Shown: positions 34,546 through 45,116 of the stretch, piece by piece
Position numbering within the stretch: position 1 is the first letter of the stretch
Layout: every line of letters starts with the position of its first letter
NCBI GenBank assembly: GCA_025594325.1
Contig: JANHCV010000006.1
Span: forward strand, 1 to 64,000
Origin: Blastocladiella emersonii ATCC 22665
Lineage: Eukaryota > Fungi > Blastocladiomycota
Length of the DNA: 64,000 nt
Direction: 5' to 3'
Translations under genes and position numbers: made by a program
Notes under the pieces: generated by a model
The model's database searches: none
What the model was told of the DNA's origin: nothing
What the model saw: the letters and a program-made list of their open reading frames with translations, nothing else

Positions 34546-36168
34546 TTAGAACAGGTCCGTGACGCGGACGCGGACGCGGTCGGCGACCTTGCGGATCCAG
34601 ACGACGGCCGCGTGCGTCTCCTCGATGGCGCGCAGCACGTCCTCCTCGTCGTCGCCGTCGTCACCGTCGTCGTCGCCGTCCGAGGGCGGCTGCGGCACGG
34701 GCTCGGGCTTGTCCTCCTCGGCCTTGACGTCGGTGAAGAGCAGCAGGTTGGGCGACTTGCCCGCGTCGCCGCCGTTGTCGCCGCCCGGGGGCCACGGGAA
34801 CGGCCACTTGGGCTGCTTGTTGCCGCCCTTGCCGGGCTTGGGCAGGCCCGTGATCACGTCCTTGGTCGCGAGCTTGAGCAGGCGCGCCTTGAGCTCCATG
34901 GGCGCCACGGGCTCCTCGTTCTCGGCGGCCAGGACCGCGAGCGTGCCGGCGACGTGCGGCGAGGCCATGGACGTGCCCGAGATGGTGTTGGTGGCCACGT
35001 CGGACCCGATCCACGTGCTGAGGATGTCCTTGCCGGGCGCGAAGATGTCGACGCACTTGCCGTAGTTGGAGAAGTAGGCGCGCTTGTCGTCGAGCGCCGT
35101 CGCGCCGACCGTCACGGGCTTCTCGGCAGCGGCCGGGGACGAGTCACAGGCGTTCCCGTTCTCATTGCCCGCCGCCACGCTGAAGTGGATGCCCGAGTCG
35201 ACGGCCGCGTTGACCACCCGGTCTAGCAGCGCGGATTTTCCGCCGCCGAGGCTCATGTTGGCTGCTGACTTGGCATTCTTGTCCTTCTTGGTGCGGCGCT
35301 TGTGGTCCTGCACCGCCCACTCGACGCCCTTGACCACGTCCGACATGGAGCCCGACCCGTTGCTCGAGAGCACCTTGACGGCCACGGGGTGCGCCTTCTT
35401 GGCCACGCCGAACCGCTTGCCGGCGATGGTGCCCGCGCAGTGGGTGCCGTGGCCGTTGCCGTCGAGGTCCTCGTCGTTTTCGGGGATCGTGGCGCCCCAG
35501 CGGGCGCGGCCCTCGAAGTCGCGGTGCGCGATGTTGATGCCCGTGTCGATCACGTACACGGACACGTTGGCGCCCGCCGTCGTCGGGTACGGGTACTCCT
35601 TGTAGTGCGCCGCCGTCGGGCGCTTGCGGTGCGCGATGCGCGACAGGCCCCACGGCGCGTCCTTCTGCAGCACGTAGTCGGTGTGCGACGCGACGCCGCG
35701 CGAGTGCTCGGTGATGGACACGACCTGGTCCTGCTCGATGTAGGCGACCTGGAGGAAGGGGAGCGAGGGATTCGGTGAGTTGGGTTGGTCGAGAGGAGGA
35801 GCGAGCACAGCGACGAGCGAAGAGAAACGTACGTGCTTGGCGCGGCGGATGGCGCCAATCACCTCGTCGTCAAACTTGCCGGCATACCCCTTGACGCCGG
35901 GCAGGTCGTAGACGTGCTTGATGCGGTTGGCCGACACGTCGTTGACCGAGGCGCGGACCGCGGGCGAGGCCAGGAACGACGTGAGCCAGTTGGTGTGCTC
36001 GGCGAGCGCCGCGTCCGACTCGTCGCGCAGGACGACCATGTAGTGGCCGGGGATCGTCTTGGCGTTCTGCGCCGACAGCAGCGGCGACTCGTTGGCGAGC
36101 GGCGTCGCCGACGCCAGCGTCGCGGCCAGGACCGCAACGAGGGCGGTGCCGAGCGCGGAGCGGATCAT
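34546..36168 (-). CDS. Subtilisin-like S8 serine protease (cerevisin/proteinase B type) with signal peptide and I9 prodomain (intron 35749-35832)
   Basis: Catalytic motifs VYVIDTGI, GNGHGTHCAG and SGTSMASPHVAG. Prodomain IPGHYMVVL...GYAGKF. Acidic C-terminal extension. Confidence 0.96.
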   Translation of the reverse strand: MIRSALGTALVAVLAATLASATPLANESPLLSAQNAKTIPGHYMVVLRDESDAALAEHTNWLTSFLASPAVRASVNDVSANRIKHVYDLPGVKGYAGKFDDEVIGAIRRAKHVRFSSLVAVLAPPLDQPNSPNPSLPFLQVAYIEQDQVVSITEHSRGVASHTDYVLQKDAPWGLSRIAHRKRPTAAHYKEYPYPTTAGANVSVYVIDTGINIAHRDFEGRARWGATIPENDEDLDGNGHGTHCAGTIAGKRFGVAKKAHPVAVKVLSSNGSGSMSDVVKGVEWAVQDHKRRTKKDKNAKSAANMSLGGGKSALLDRVVNAAVDSGIHFSVAAGNENGNACDSSPAAAEKPVTVGATALDDKRAYFSNYGKCVDIFAPGKDILSTWIGSDVATNTISGTSMASPHVAGTLAVLAAENEEPVAPMELKARLLKLATKDVITGLPKPGKGGNKQPKWPFPWPPGGDNGGDAGKSPNLLLFTDVKAEEDKPEPVPQPPSDGDDDGDDGDDEEDVLRAIEETHAAVVWIRKVADRVRVRVTDLF

Positions 36169-36404
36169 GGTGGTCGGTGTCGTTGCGTGTGAGTGCAGGG
36201 GGTGGTGTGCGGTGGAATGTACAGGTGTGCTTGGTGGTGGGTGGGTGTGGACAGGTGTGGATGGATGGATGGGTGGAGTGGAAGCAAGGGCCGGTCAACG
36301 GAGCAGTGTCCTCGCCAGGAGGGACAGTGGTCGGTTGGAGCGCGGCGGGAGGGGGAGAGGGGTTGCTGGAGAGCGGAGAGCGAGGGCCGGTGCGGGGGGA
36401 CGGG

Positions 36405-36417
36405 CCGCTCTTTATAC
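36405..36417 (-). promoter_or_regulatory. TATA box (GTATAAAGAGCGG) of the subtilisin gene
   Basis: TATAAA lies ~240 nt upstream of the ATG at 36168. Confidence 0.55.
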
Positions 36418-36750
36418 GGGCGGGCGCGGCTAGCGGGGCGGGTCGACTCGACGGGCGGAAGGGCGGCGGGTCAGGCTCAGGTGACGGCTGACGTGAGGGC
36501 GGGCGAGTGGTGAGAACGCGGTGCTGCGCGCAGCAGCGCGACGCGTCGGGCAGCTGACCGCCCCAGCCACCCGCCCGCGGCGTGACGGGCGTGACGCGTG
36601 GCGCGAGACGCGTCACGAATTCGGAATTCGGCGGCCACGCGACGTGCGCCAGCCCTTCCATTCCGCCCCCGCTTGCCCTTCTCAGCGTGGCGATTAATTT
36701 TGCGGAACGGGTATATTGGCGGTAAAGGGTAGAGATGGTGGTGGTGGGGG

Positions 36751-38160
36751 TCACGTCCGCGGCCCGCTGCCGGCGCGCTTGCCTCGCGACCACGACCCGG
36801 ACCCCGACCCCGACGTCGTGTTCGCGGCAGGCGGCTGCGGGGCCGCGGCGTACTTCTTGCACCGCTGCAGGACGAGGAACCCGACGACGGCGACGAGCGC
36901 GTAGTGGCGCTCGCACTGGTCCTCGTCCTCGCTGCCGACGATGGCGAGCCCGAGCAGCGGCTCCATGCCGGCCGCCGCGACGAGCTGGACCACCTCGAGC
37001 GTGCGCCCGGCGGCTTCGACGACGCGCGCGTAGTGGTCGAGCAGCCCACCGACCACGGCCTCGCCGTCGTCCCCGCCCCCCGCGGCGACACGCGCGCCGG
37101 GCGAGAAGACGGCCTCGACGCGCCGCTTGAGCTCGCCGTACGACGACGACGACAGCCGCGCGAGCCCCGCTATGTCCATGACCCCATGGTCCAGGAACAC
37201 CTGCAGCATGCGGTTCGCCGCCGTCCGCGACATGGCGTACCGCCCCGCGGGCCGCGGGACATGGGCGGGGACTGCGCGCGCGTGTACCACAATCTCCTCG
37301 AACGTCGGCGGCGGGTCCGCTTTCACCACGACCGGGTGCGCTGTTGCTGCCGCGGGTGTTGTTGAGCCGTCTTCTTGCTCGTCGCCGCCGTGGTCCCGTT
37401 CCCGCCCGCGCCCGCGGTCCCGCTCGCGCTCGCGGCGAAGCGACCGGCTGCGCATCAGGCTGGAGAAGAGCGACCCGGACGCCGAGCTGCTGGCCGCTAC
37501 GCTGAGCCGCTTGACGGGCGGGCGCGGGCCGAGCCCCGTGGAGCTGAACGACGACGACGACGGGTCGCTGCTGGCGTTGGTCGGGCTCGATACCGTGTTG
37601 ACGGGCGCCGACGTGGTGCGCGTCCCCGCGACGGCGCGGCCGGGCGACAGCGGGACGGCCACGGCGGACCGCGGCACCGTGCTCGACTCGCCCGTGATCA
37701 CGCCCGGGAGTTGCTTGGCCGGCGGGCCCGACGCGCGCGGCACCGTGCTCGCAGTGGTCGCGGCGGCGGGGCGGTGGTGCTGCGCGGGCGCGTACGACTT
37801 GCGCGGGGACGCGGGCCGGGTGCTCGGCGGCGCTTCGGGGTCTTGGTCCGGCTGCTCGGGCACCTCCTCGATGCTGAGGTCCTTGAGCTTGTGCTCGGCC
37901 AGCGAGCCCGCCGTCGCAAACACCGTCGACGACGTGTACGACGACGACGCGCCGTCGCCGCCGGCGTGCGGGTGCACGCGCGCCGCCGACCCGCCCACGG
38001 ACAGCGTGTCGTGTGCGATAGACCCGCCGCCGCCGGCCCGCGGCTGCGTGTTGCTGGCAGTGGTGCCGCCCGGCGCGAGCATCTCCCCCTCGCCGCGCGC
38101 CAGCGTCGTCGGCCGGTCGACGGTCGGCGGCGAGTAGAAGGTGTGCCGGTTGACTTGCAT
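36751..38160 (-). CDS. Hypothetical protein with a disordered Ser/Pro-rich N-terminus and helical C-terminal domain
   Basis: Long ORF with a plausible ATG at 38160 (MQVNRHTFY). The C-terminal block PPPTFEEIVVHAR...RMLQVFLDHG...HYALVAVVGFLVLQRCKKY has coding-like codon use. Confidence 0.6.
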   Translation of the reverse strand: MQVNRHTFYSPPTVDRPTTLARGEGEMLAPGGTTASNTQPRAGGGGSIAHDTLSVGGSAARVHPHAGGDGASSSYTSSTVFATAGSLAEHKLKDLSIEEVPEQPDQDPEAPPSTRPASPRKSYAPAQHHRPAAATTASTVPRASGPPAKQLPGVITGESSTVPRSAVAVPLSPGRAVAGTRTTSAPVNTVSSPTNASSDPSSSSFSSTGLGPRPPVKRLSVAASSSASGSLFSSLMRSRSLRRERERDRGRGRERDHGGDEQEDGSTTPAAATAHPVVVKADPPPTFEEIVVHARAVPAHVPRPAGRYAMSRTAANRMLQVFLDHGVMDIAGLARLSSSSYGELKRRVEAVFSPGARVAAGGGDDGEAVVGGLLDHYARVVEAAGRTLEVVQLVAAAGMEPLLGLAIVGSEDEDQCERHYALVAVVGFLVLQRCKKYAAAPQPPAANTTSGSGSGSWSRGKRAGSGPRT

Positions 38161-38945
38161 GGGATTAGCGTGTGTCTGCGAGTAGACGCAGTCTGGGGAG
38201 AGCGAGAGCGGGGATGCTTGCGTGTATTTCTCGAGGCGGCCGAACGATCCGTGTTGGGAGACGTTTCCGCGTGCGCACACTTGGCGAGGCGGGGGCGGCG
38301 AGCGAGGCCATCGGGTCCACCCGACTGCTGAGCCACCCCGCGACTGAGCCACGCGCACTCGCTGCGAACATGGGCGCCGCCACGCGCTTTCACTCGACCG
38401 CGTCCTCGACACGGCCGACGCCGACGCTGGCGGAAAAGCGTGCGAGCTTACCCTCGCGTCCAGGTTGGCGAGGTGATCGCGGGCATCGCGAAGCGCGCGC
38501 GTCTCCCCGCACGCGTGTCCGCACCGCCGTGTTGACCGCCCCCACTCCTCTCCTCCTCACCCTCTCCGTGACGGATTCGCCGTCCCTGTCGCCGTCCCTG
38601 AACCTCGCCATGTAACCTGATGCAACACGCGCTGTTTATCCAGTCCAGTCCGCGGATGCGGTAGCGTGGGCGGGAGCGCGGGATCAGTCATCCTGAGTCA
38701 CCGCGCTTCGCCCCACGCCTTCCTGCCGCGGGCCCAAGCTCGGCCCTCGTTCATGCACGTCCTGCATCGTGCACCGCGTGGCGCCGCTGCTGCGGTCCGT
38801 CGGGCCCGTCCGCGGAACCGGGTTGAGCGATTTCGACTTCAGGGACGGCGGCGACGAGGGGGATCCGCGAGGCTATTTAACGGCGGCGCGTCCGCTCGGC
38901 TCGTCCCTGAACCCTGAACGTAGACCGACTCTATAGACTGCTACC

Positions 38946-40413
38946 ATGCCCCGCCGCACCCGCGCCTCGCGCCTGCTCCTCCTCGCCGTCCTTGCCATCC
39001 TCGCCGCGACCGCGGCCGCGCAAAAGTGCCCGACGCGCGTGCGCAAGGAGGTGCGCGACCTGTCGTTGACCGAGCTGGATGCGCTCAAGAAGGGCTTCTG
39101 GGAGCTCAACCGGCGCGGCGTCATGGCCAAGTTCACGCGGCTGCACGTCGAGCACAAGGAGAAGGGCCACTTCAACCCGTCGTTCCTGCCCTTCCACCGC
39201 GCCATGCTCAAGCACTTTGAGGACGAGCTGCTCGCCGTTGCGCCGGGGCTGAGCGGGCTGCCGTACTGGGACTCGACGTACGACGCCAAGGACCCGGCCA
39301 AGTCGGCGGTCCTCGCGCCCGACTTCTTTGGGTCCGCCAAGAAGGGGTGTATCGCTGACGGGCCGTTCGGTACGCTTACCCTCTCGCGCGCTCCATGGAC
39401 CGCTCACTAACCTCCCGCTCGCCTCGTAGTCGGCCTCAAGCGCGAGGACGGGACCTGCGTGCGGCGCGACCTGGTCCCCGGCCCGTGGAACCTCGACCAG
39501 TCCATGATCGTGTCGCTGCTGCGCCTGTACCCCGACAACTTTGACCGCTTCGCCTACTACCTCGAGCGCGGGCCCCACTTTGTCGTGCACTCCAACATTG
39601 GCGGTGGTGCGTTCGGGCGCGGTTGTTGCTGATTGACGGCGCGAAGACTGACATCGCGGCCGATCTCTGACTAGACATGTACACGCTGGTCGACTCGCCC
39701 AATGACCCGTACGTTCTCCTTCGACTCAAGACCCACTCGAACCACGTCGCTAACCCCTCGCCTCCCGTAGAATCTTCATCCTGCACCACTGCAGCATCGA
39801 CCGGTGGTGGGCCATGTTCCAGGGCACGTCCGCCAAAGCCGCGACGTCGTACGGCGGCGAAGCCAACGGGCGGACCTACGTCCCCTCGGACGCGATCATG
39901 GACTTCACCGTCTCGGACCTGTTCGACTACCGCGGCAGCTCGCGCTTATGCTACACATTCCAGGACCCACGCTTCCCGCGGGACGGGATCGCGTCGCGCA
40001 AGCCCGGCACAACCAACGCGACCGCGACCAACCTGACCAACACGGCAGTCCCGGACTTCAAGCCGCTGTCGGACGCGTTCCTCGCCGGGTTCGGCGTCAA
40101 GCCCGACCAGATGGTCGTCGCCAACCGCATGTTCGTCGCCGTGACCCGCGCGCTGCAACAGGTCCAGAAGGACGGGAAGCCGCTGCCCACGTTCGACGAC
40201 CTCCGCAACCTGACCGCGCTCGCCGAGTTCGAGGCCCAGCTGCGCAAGTCCACGGGCGACGGCGGGTCCGGGACGAGCGGCGCGCCGACGGCCGTCACGG
40301 CGCCGGGGACCACCATCAAGGCCGATGCCGCCGCGAGTATGGCGGCGGTCGTGTCGTCGGGGCTGGTGGGCGTGGCGGCAGTGCTCGTTGCGGGCATGGC
40401 CGTGTTGATGTGA
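38946..40413 (+). CDS. Secreted tyrosinase-like type-3 di-copper protein with a probable GPI-anchor tail, 4 exons
   Basis: Signal peptide. CuA: RLHVEH...GHFNPSFLPFHR. CuB: GPHFVVHSNIGG...SPNDPIFILHHCSIDRWW. Ser/Thr linker and terminal hydrophobic stretch VVSSGLVGVAAVLVAGMAVLM*. Confidence 0.9.
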
Positions 40414-40489
40414 AATAGACTGCGGGTGTGGCGCAACGCGTCCTCCCTTCTCCTCTCCACGCGTCCTCTCTTACACCACCCTGAATACC

Positions 40490-41596
40490 ATGGACTCGAA
40501 TGAAACACTCAACACTTGTCGCACTCCGTCGCCCACAAAACCGCCTACTGCGCTCGCGGTCGCCGTCGACTCGGTCGCGAGCGTGACGGACCGCGTCCTG
40601 CACCAGACCCACCAGCCGTCAACAACGGGCACCTGGACCGCGAAACAGCTCGAGTCGGTGCTTCAGCGCCGGTTCGGCGCCGAGCGGTACGCGCAGCAGA
40701 TGCGGTTTGCGGACCCGACGCCGCGGTACAAGGTGGTCGTGGTGGGCGACCCCGCCGCGGGCAAGTCGTGCTTGATACGCCGGTACTGCGAGCGGAGGGT
40801 ACGTGCCGTGGTGCGAGGGTGGGAAGTGGGCGGGGGCTGATGACATGAAGTAGTTTACGGCGAGCTACATCTCGACTATCGGGATCGACTACGGCCTGCG
40901 CGTCGTGGACCTCGCGCCCGGTCGGCAGAGTATGCGCTCCTCTCTCCTGTCGACTCTCAACCCTCGCTAACGCGCGCCTTGCCCAGTCAAGATCAACTTC
41001 TGGGACATGGCGGGCGACCGCGCGTACGCGCTGATCCGGTCCGAGTTCTACGGCGACGACACGCACGGGGTCCGTCCTCTCACTCCTTCTGTGCCTCCCG
41101 CCACTCACTCACATCCGTCCGACAGATCATGCTCGCCTTCGACGTCTCGGTACGCGCGAGCTTCGCGGGGCTCGACGCGTGGCTCAAGGAGCTGCGGCAC
41201 CACGCGCGCGCGAGGTGGGACGCGCTGCACGTCGTGCTGGTTGGGACCAAGGTGCGGCGCGGCCCGCTTTACCTGTCTAGGGCAGCGACGCTGACCTCGG
41301 GCGACGCGTGTAGACGGACCTCCCATCGCGCGCCGTCGCGCCCGAGGAGGCACAGGCTTGGGCGGCCAAGCACGGGTTGACGTACGGCCGCGTCCTGGTT
41401 TGCGCTACCGCGGTGAGGAAGGACGACGAGCTGACGCGAGCGGGTGCGCGACGCGTCTAGGTACATCGAGTGCTCGGCGCAGTCCGGGCACAACGTCGAC
41501 GACGCGTTCAACGGGCTGTTCTCGCGCATCGATGCGGCGGCGACGGCGGGCACGGCATCACGGTCAACGGGGGCGGCAGCGGCCACGGTCGAGTGA
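40490..41596 (+). CDS. RJL-family (RBJ/DNAJC27-like, no J-domain) Ras-like GTPase, ~6 exons
   Basis: [32 protein letters not shown]...KINFWDMAGD...IRSEFYGDDTHG...SFAGLDAWLKE...VGTKTD...YIECSA matches the RJL signature GKSCIIKRYCEKRF...TIGIDYG...FDMAG. It lacks the switch-II Gln and a CAAX box. Confidence 0.85.
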
Positions 41597-41695
41597 AATC
41601 CAGCCAGTCAAAGGAGGGATTACATTCCAACGTTTTCAGCAGAGTGGGGTACGGCAGGACGGAGACGGACGGGCAGAGTGTACAGAGAAGGGGAA

Positions 41696-42295
41696 TCACG
41701 CAAGCATCTCGAGGCCCGAGTCGCGGCGGGCAAAGGCGGCGAGAACGTGCTTGGAGACGGCGGCTACCGGCGTGGTGGGCAGGGTCAGCACACGCGAACG
41801 TGCGGGGCTCCCACGCCATTGATGCGTACCAGGTGGTGCGGCAGCGGTAGTCGGCGATGGTGGGAGCGGCGGCAGGACCTCGGCGGGGTCGACTGCTGCT
41901 GCTGCTGCCTCGGACCTTGGTACCGCCGACGACGAGGATGATGATGGCGCAGTCGCAGCCGTCGACGACTTGCGGCGGTGTCGCCGCCGCTCTCCTGCAC
42001 CTGCTCCTGCCCCGCCGCTGACGGACGATCGCTTGCGCGTCCTTGTTGGCCCCGCGGCCGTTCCCGATGATGGCAGTTCGAGTCCAGCGCCCGCGGCGAG
42101 TCGCGCCGCGTCGGCGTCGTCGAGCGCACACCACATGCGCACAATGTAGATGACCGACGGGATGGATACGGCGAGCAGCGCGAGGTACTGTGGCGGCAGC
42201 GCGAGCAGCGAGGAACCCGGCGCCGGCGGGCTCAGGGCCGACGGGCCGCGCACGGTCGCGGGCGAGCCGGCGACGATGGCGCGGGCGAGCGGCAT
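41696..42295 (-). CDS. Hypothetical small single-TM protein
   Basis: ATG at 42295, hydrophobic segment YLALLAVSIPSVIYIVRMW, then a low-complexity tail. The 3' structure is uncertain. Confidence 0.4.
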   Translation of the reverse strand: MPLARAIVAGSPATVRGPSALSPPAPGSSLLALPPQYLALLAVSIPSVIYIVRMWCALDDADAARLAAGAGLELPSSGTAAGPTRTRKRSSVSGGAGAGAGERRRHRRKSSTAATAPSSSSSSAVPRSEAAAAAVDPAEVLPPLPPSPTTAAAPPGTHQWRGSPARSRVLTLPTTPVAAVSKHVLAAFARRDSGLEMLA

Positions 42296-42949
42296 GGTTG
42301 TATTATGGTTGTTGGAGTGGGGAGGAGAGAGGGAGGGGAAGTGGCGGTGGGTCCCAAGACGATGGGCGCCAGTCAAGCCAACACAGCGGGGGGAGGGAGA
42401 GAGGACAAGCGAGCTTCACGCGGACGGGCGGTCTTCTTCCACTTTTCAGGGCGAGCAATTCATGGCGCCCACGCGCGTGCGCCAAGTGGGGACGGTGTGT
42501 GGGGGGAAGCAGCGGGGCGACGATGGAGGAGCGAGCGGGCGGCGGTGACGCGATGGCGACGCGCTCGCTCGGTGCTGGCAACTAAAAATTCGCCGCCGCT
42601 GCCTGAAGCGCTCGCTGTCGTCGCCCTCGGCCGCTCTCTCCCCCGCGCCGCAGTTTCAAGTCCGCCATCTCCCCAGATCCCCGAAGGCAACGACCACTGT
42701 GGCTCAGCGCCGCCGCCTTAATCGCGCGCGGGCGGCCGGGAGTGGGTGATGATCGTGTCTCGCAGCGGACGAGAGACATGGGGCCCGCGACGCGGTCACG
42801 TTCGGTCGCGCCGCGGGATTCAGTGCCGACGCACGCGCGCCCATGACGGACGGGTCGGAAATGACGCCGCGCGGCATCATCGTCGAGTCAGAGGGCGGGT
42901 GAGCAAAACAGAATCAAATACAGGGTGTACACTCGCGGGTGACGCGGTC

Positions 42950-43434
42950 TCACGCCGTGTTGCGGACGACTACACGAGCACGTACGAGCGAGTCAGCCAA
43001 CCGCCCAGGTCCCAAGTAAAACGAGGCAGCGCACCGATGATGACCGAGTCTCCGCGCAGGAACATCTTGGAGATGAACCGGTCCTTGGTGACGGGCTTCT
43101 TCTTGCCCGCGGCCGACGACCCGGACTTTGGGATCTCGGTCCACACCTCCTTGACGTTCTCGAGCACCATGTTGCAGTGGCGGTCGAACGCCTTGACGCG
43201 CGCCAGCAGCTTGCGCCCGTTGCGGCAGTTGACCAGGATCTGGTTGTTGTTCTTGACCGCCGCACGCAGCACCGACAGCGGGCCCGTCTTGAACGACTGC
43301 TCCTCGGCCGCCCGGATCTCGTCGGCGCTCATGGCCGCCTTGGTTGCTCTGTCATCGGGACGGGGGCACGCGCCGGGGGTGAGTGGACTTCACCGAGCGC
43401 GCGGATAGGCGAGCACATACGCTGCCTTGGTCAT
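42950..43434 (-). CDS. SMD2: Small nuclear ribonucleoprotein Sm D2, 3 exons
   Basis: [10 protein letters not shown]...[41 protein letters not shown]...[20 protein letters not shown]. Confidence 0.97.
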
Positions 43435-43690
43435 GGTGGGGATAATGCGGCAAGTTGCGTGGTAGGTGTTGATACGTTGCACAAGCTGGCGCGCATTCGC
43501 GGTCGGTGCAGCGCGAGAGCTCGACACAAGAGCGAGCGAGCCGAGCGGGCTGCAGCTCAAACAGGTGACCGCGGGAACGTGACGGCGCCGCCTCGCCGCC
43601 GCCTTCGTCTCTTCCTGAGCGACGCGACCTCCCTCTTTTTCTCAGAAGCCCTTGCATGCATCTCTAACAACGAACCAAACCTCGAGCAAC

Positions 43691-44172
43691 ATGGCCAAGG
43701 ACGCGTTCCCCGACACCCTGCCCGGCGCGGCCGCGTCCCTGTGGCGCAACTACGTGCGCGGGACGCCGGCACACCTCAAGCTGATCGACGCGTACCTCGT
43801 ATACCTGCTGTGCTCGGGCATCGCGCAGTTTGTCTACGTGTGCCTCGTCGGCACCTTCCCGTTCAACGCGTTCCTCGCCGGGTTCGGGTCGGCCGTTGCT
43901 GCGTTTGTGCTCGCTGGTGCGTGAGGGCTGGTGATCGGCGAGGGTGCAGGAGGTGCGCTAACCTGCCGTGCGCTAATCGCTACCAGTGTCGCTGCGGATG
44001 CAGACCAACCCCGAGAACAAGGGCACGATCGCGTGGAACCCACAGCGGTACGCTCACATCTCGCCGATCCGTGCGAGGGCGCACGCTGACCTCTCGTTCG
44101 TGTAGCGCGTTCGCCGACTTTGTGGTGAGTAACGTAGTGCTGCAGTTCATTACCGTGCACTTCCTCGGATGA
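43691..44172 (+). CDS. OST2: Oligosaccharyltransferase subunit DAD1/OST2, 3 exons
   Basis: [45 protein letters not shown]|VSLRMQTNP...[22 protein letters not shown]. Confidence 0.96.
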
Positions 44173-44206
44173 TCATATACACAACCAGATCTCCTCCCCA
44201 CTCCGC

Positions 44207-45116
44207 TTACAGCTTGGGCAGGTACAGGAGCCGTCCCTCCATGCCCGCGTTGACGTCGACGACCGTGCCCGTGACGTTGCCCGAGACGCGCCCGGCCGCG
44301 AGGTACATGATAGCGTGCCCTACGTCCTCGGGCTCGCTGACCTTCTGCAGCGGGCTGGTAGCCATGGCGGCGCCGAGCAGGACGGGGTCCTCCATGGCGC
44401 GCGCGGCCATCGGGGTGCGGATCCAGCCGGGCGCGACCACGTTGATGCGGGCGCGCGGGTGCACCTTGACGGCCTCGTTCTTGACCGACAGCAGCAGGCC
44501 GCCCGGCTGGAACGCGGCCTTGGACGCGGCGTAGTCGGCGTGGTACGCCTCGCCGAACTTGCCCGCGGTGCTCCCGACCAGGACCGCGGAGATGTTGGGC
44601 GTGGCGGGGGAGAGGGTGCCCGCGGCCACGGCGGACCGGATGCCGCGCAGCCAGTGCTTGAGGAACAGGAACGTGCCCTACACCCAGGAAGTGAGTTCGG
44701 GCCCGCGCGGGGTCAGCGGGACGCGGCGCGGAACGTACGTCGAGGTTGACGGCGATGGTGTTCTTCCACCGCGTGAGGTCCATGTCGGCGACGAGCACGT
44801 CCTCGGCGGGCCAGATCCCGTGGCACACGATGAGCGAGTGGACGGGGCCCCAGTCCCCCGCGTTGGCGCGGACGGCGCGCTCGACGGCAGACTCGTCAGT
44901 GACGTTGGCCTGCACCGTGCGCAGGCGGCCGGTCCCGGCAAACTCGCGGACGAGTGCCGACAGCGGCGCGCCGGGCTTGAGCGGCGAGTTGTGGTGCGCC
45001 GTGACGCGCGCGCCCGCCTCGACGACGAGCTGCCGGACGAGCGCAACGCCCAGGCCGCCCGAGGCGCCCGTCACGAGGACGTGCGTGTTGGCGAGGCCGA
45101 GGTAGTCGGTGTTCAT
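44207..45116 (-). CDS. Short-chain dehydrogenase/reductase (SDR), intron 44678-44738
   Basis: Rossmann motif VLVTGASGGLG, catalytic YAASKAA, NVVAPGWIRTPM, and GTVVDVNAG. Confidence 0.92.
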
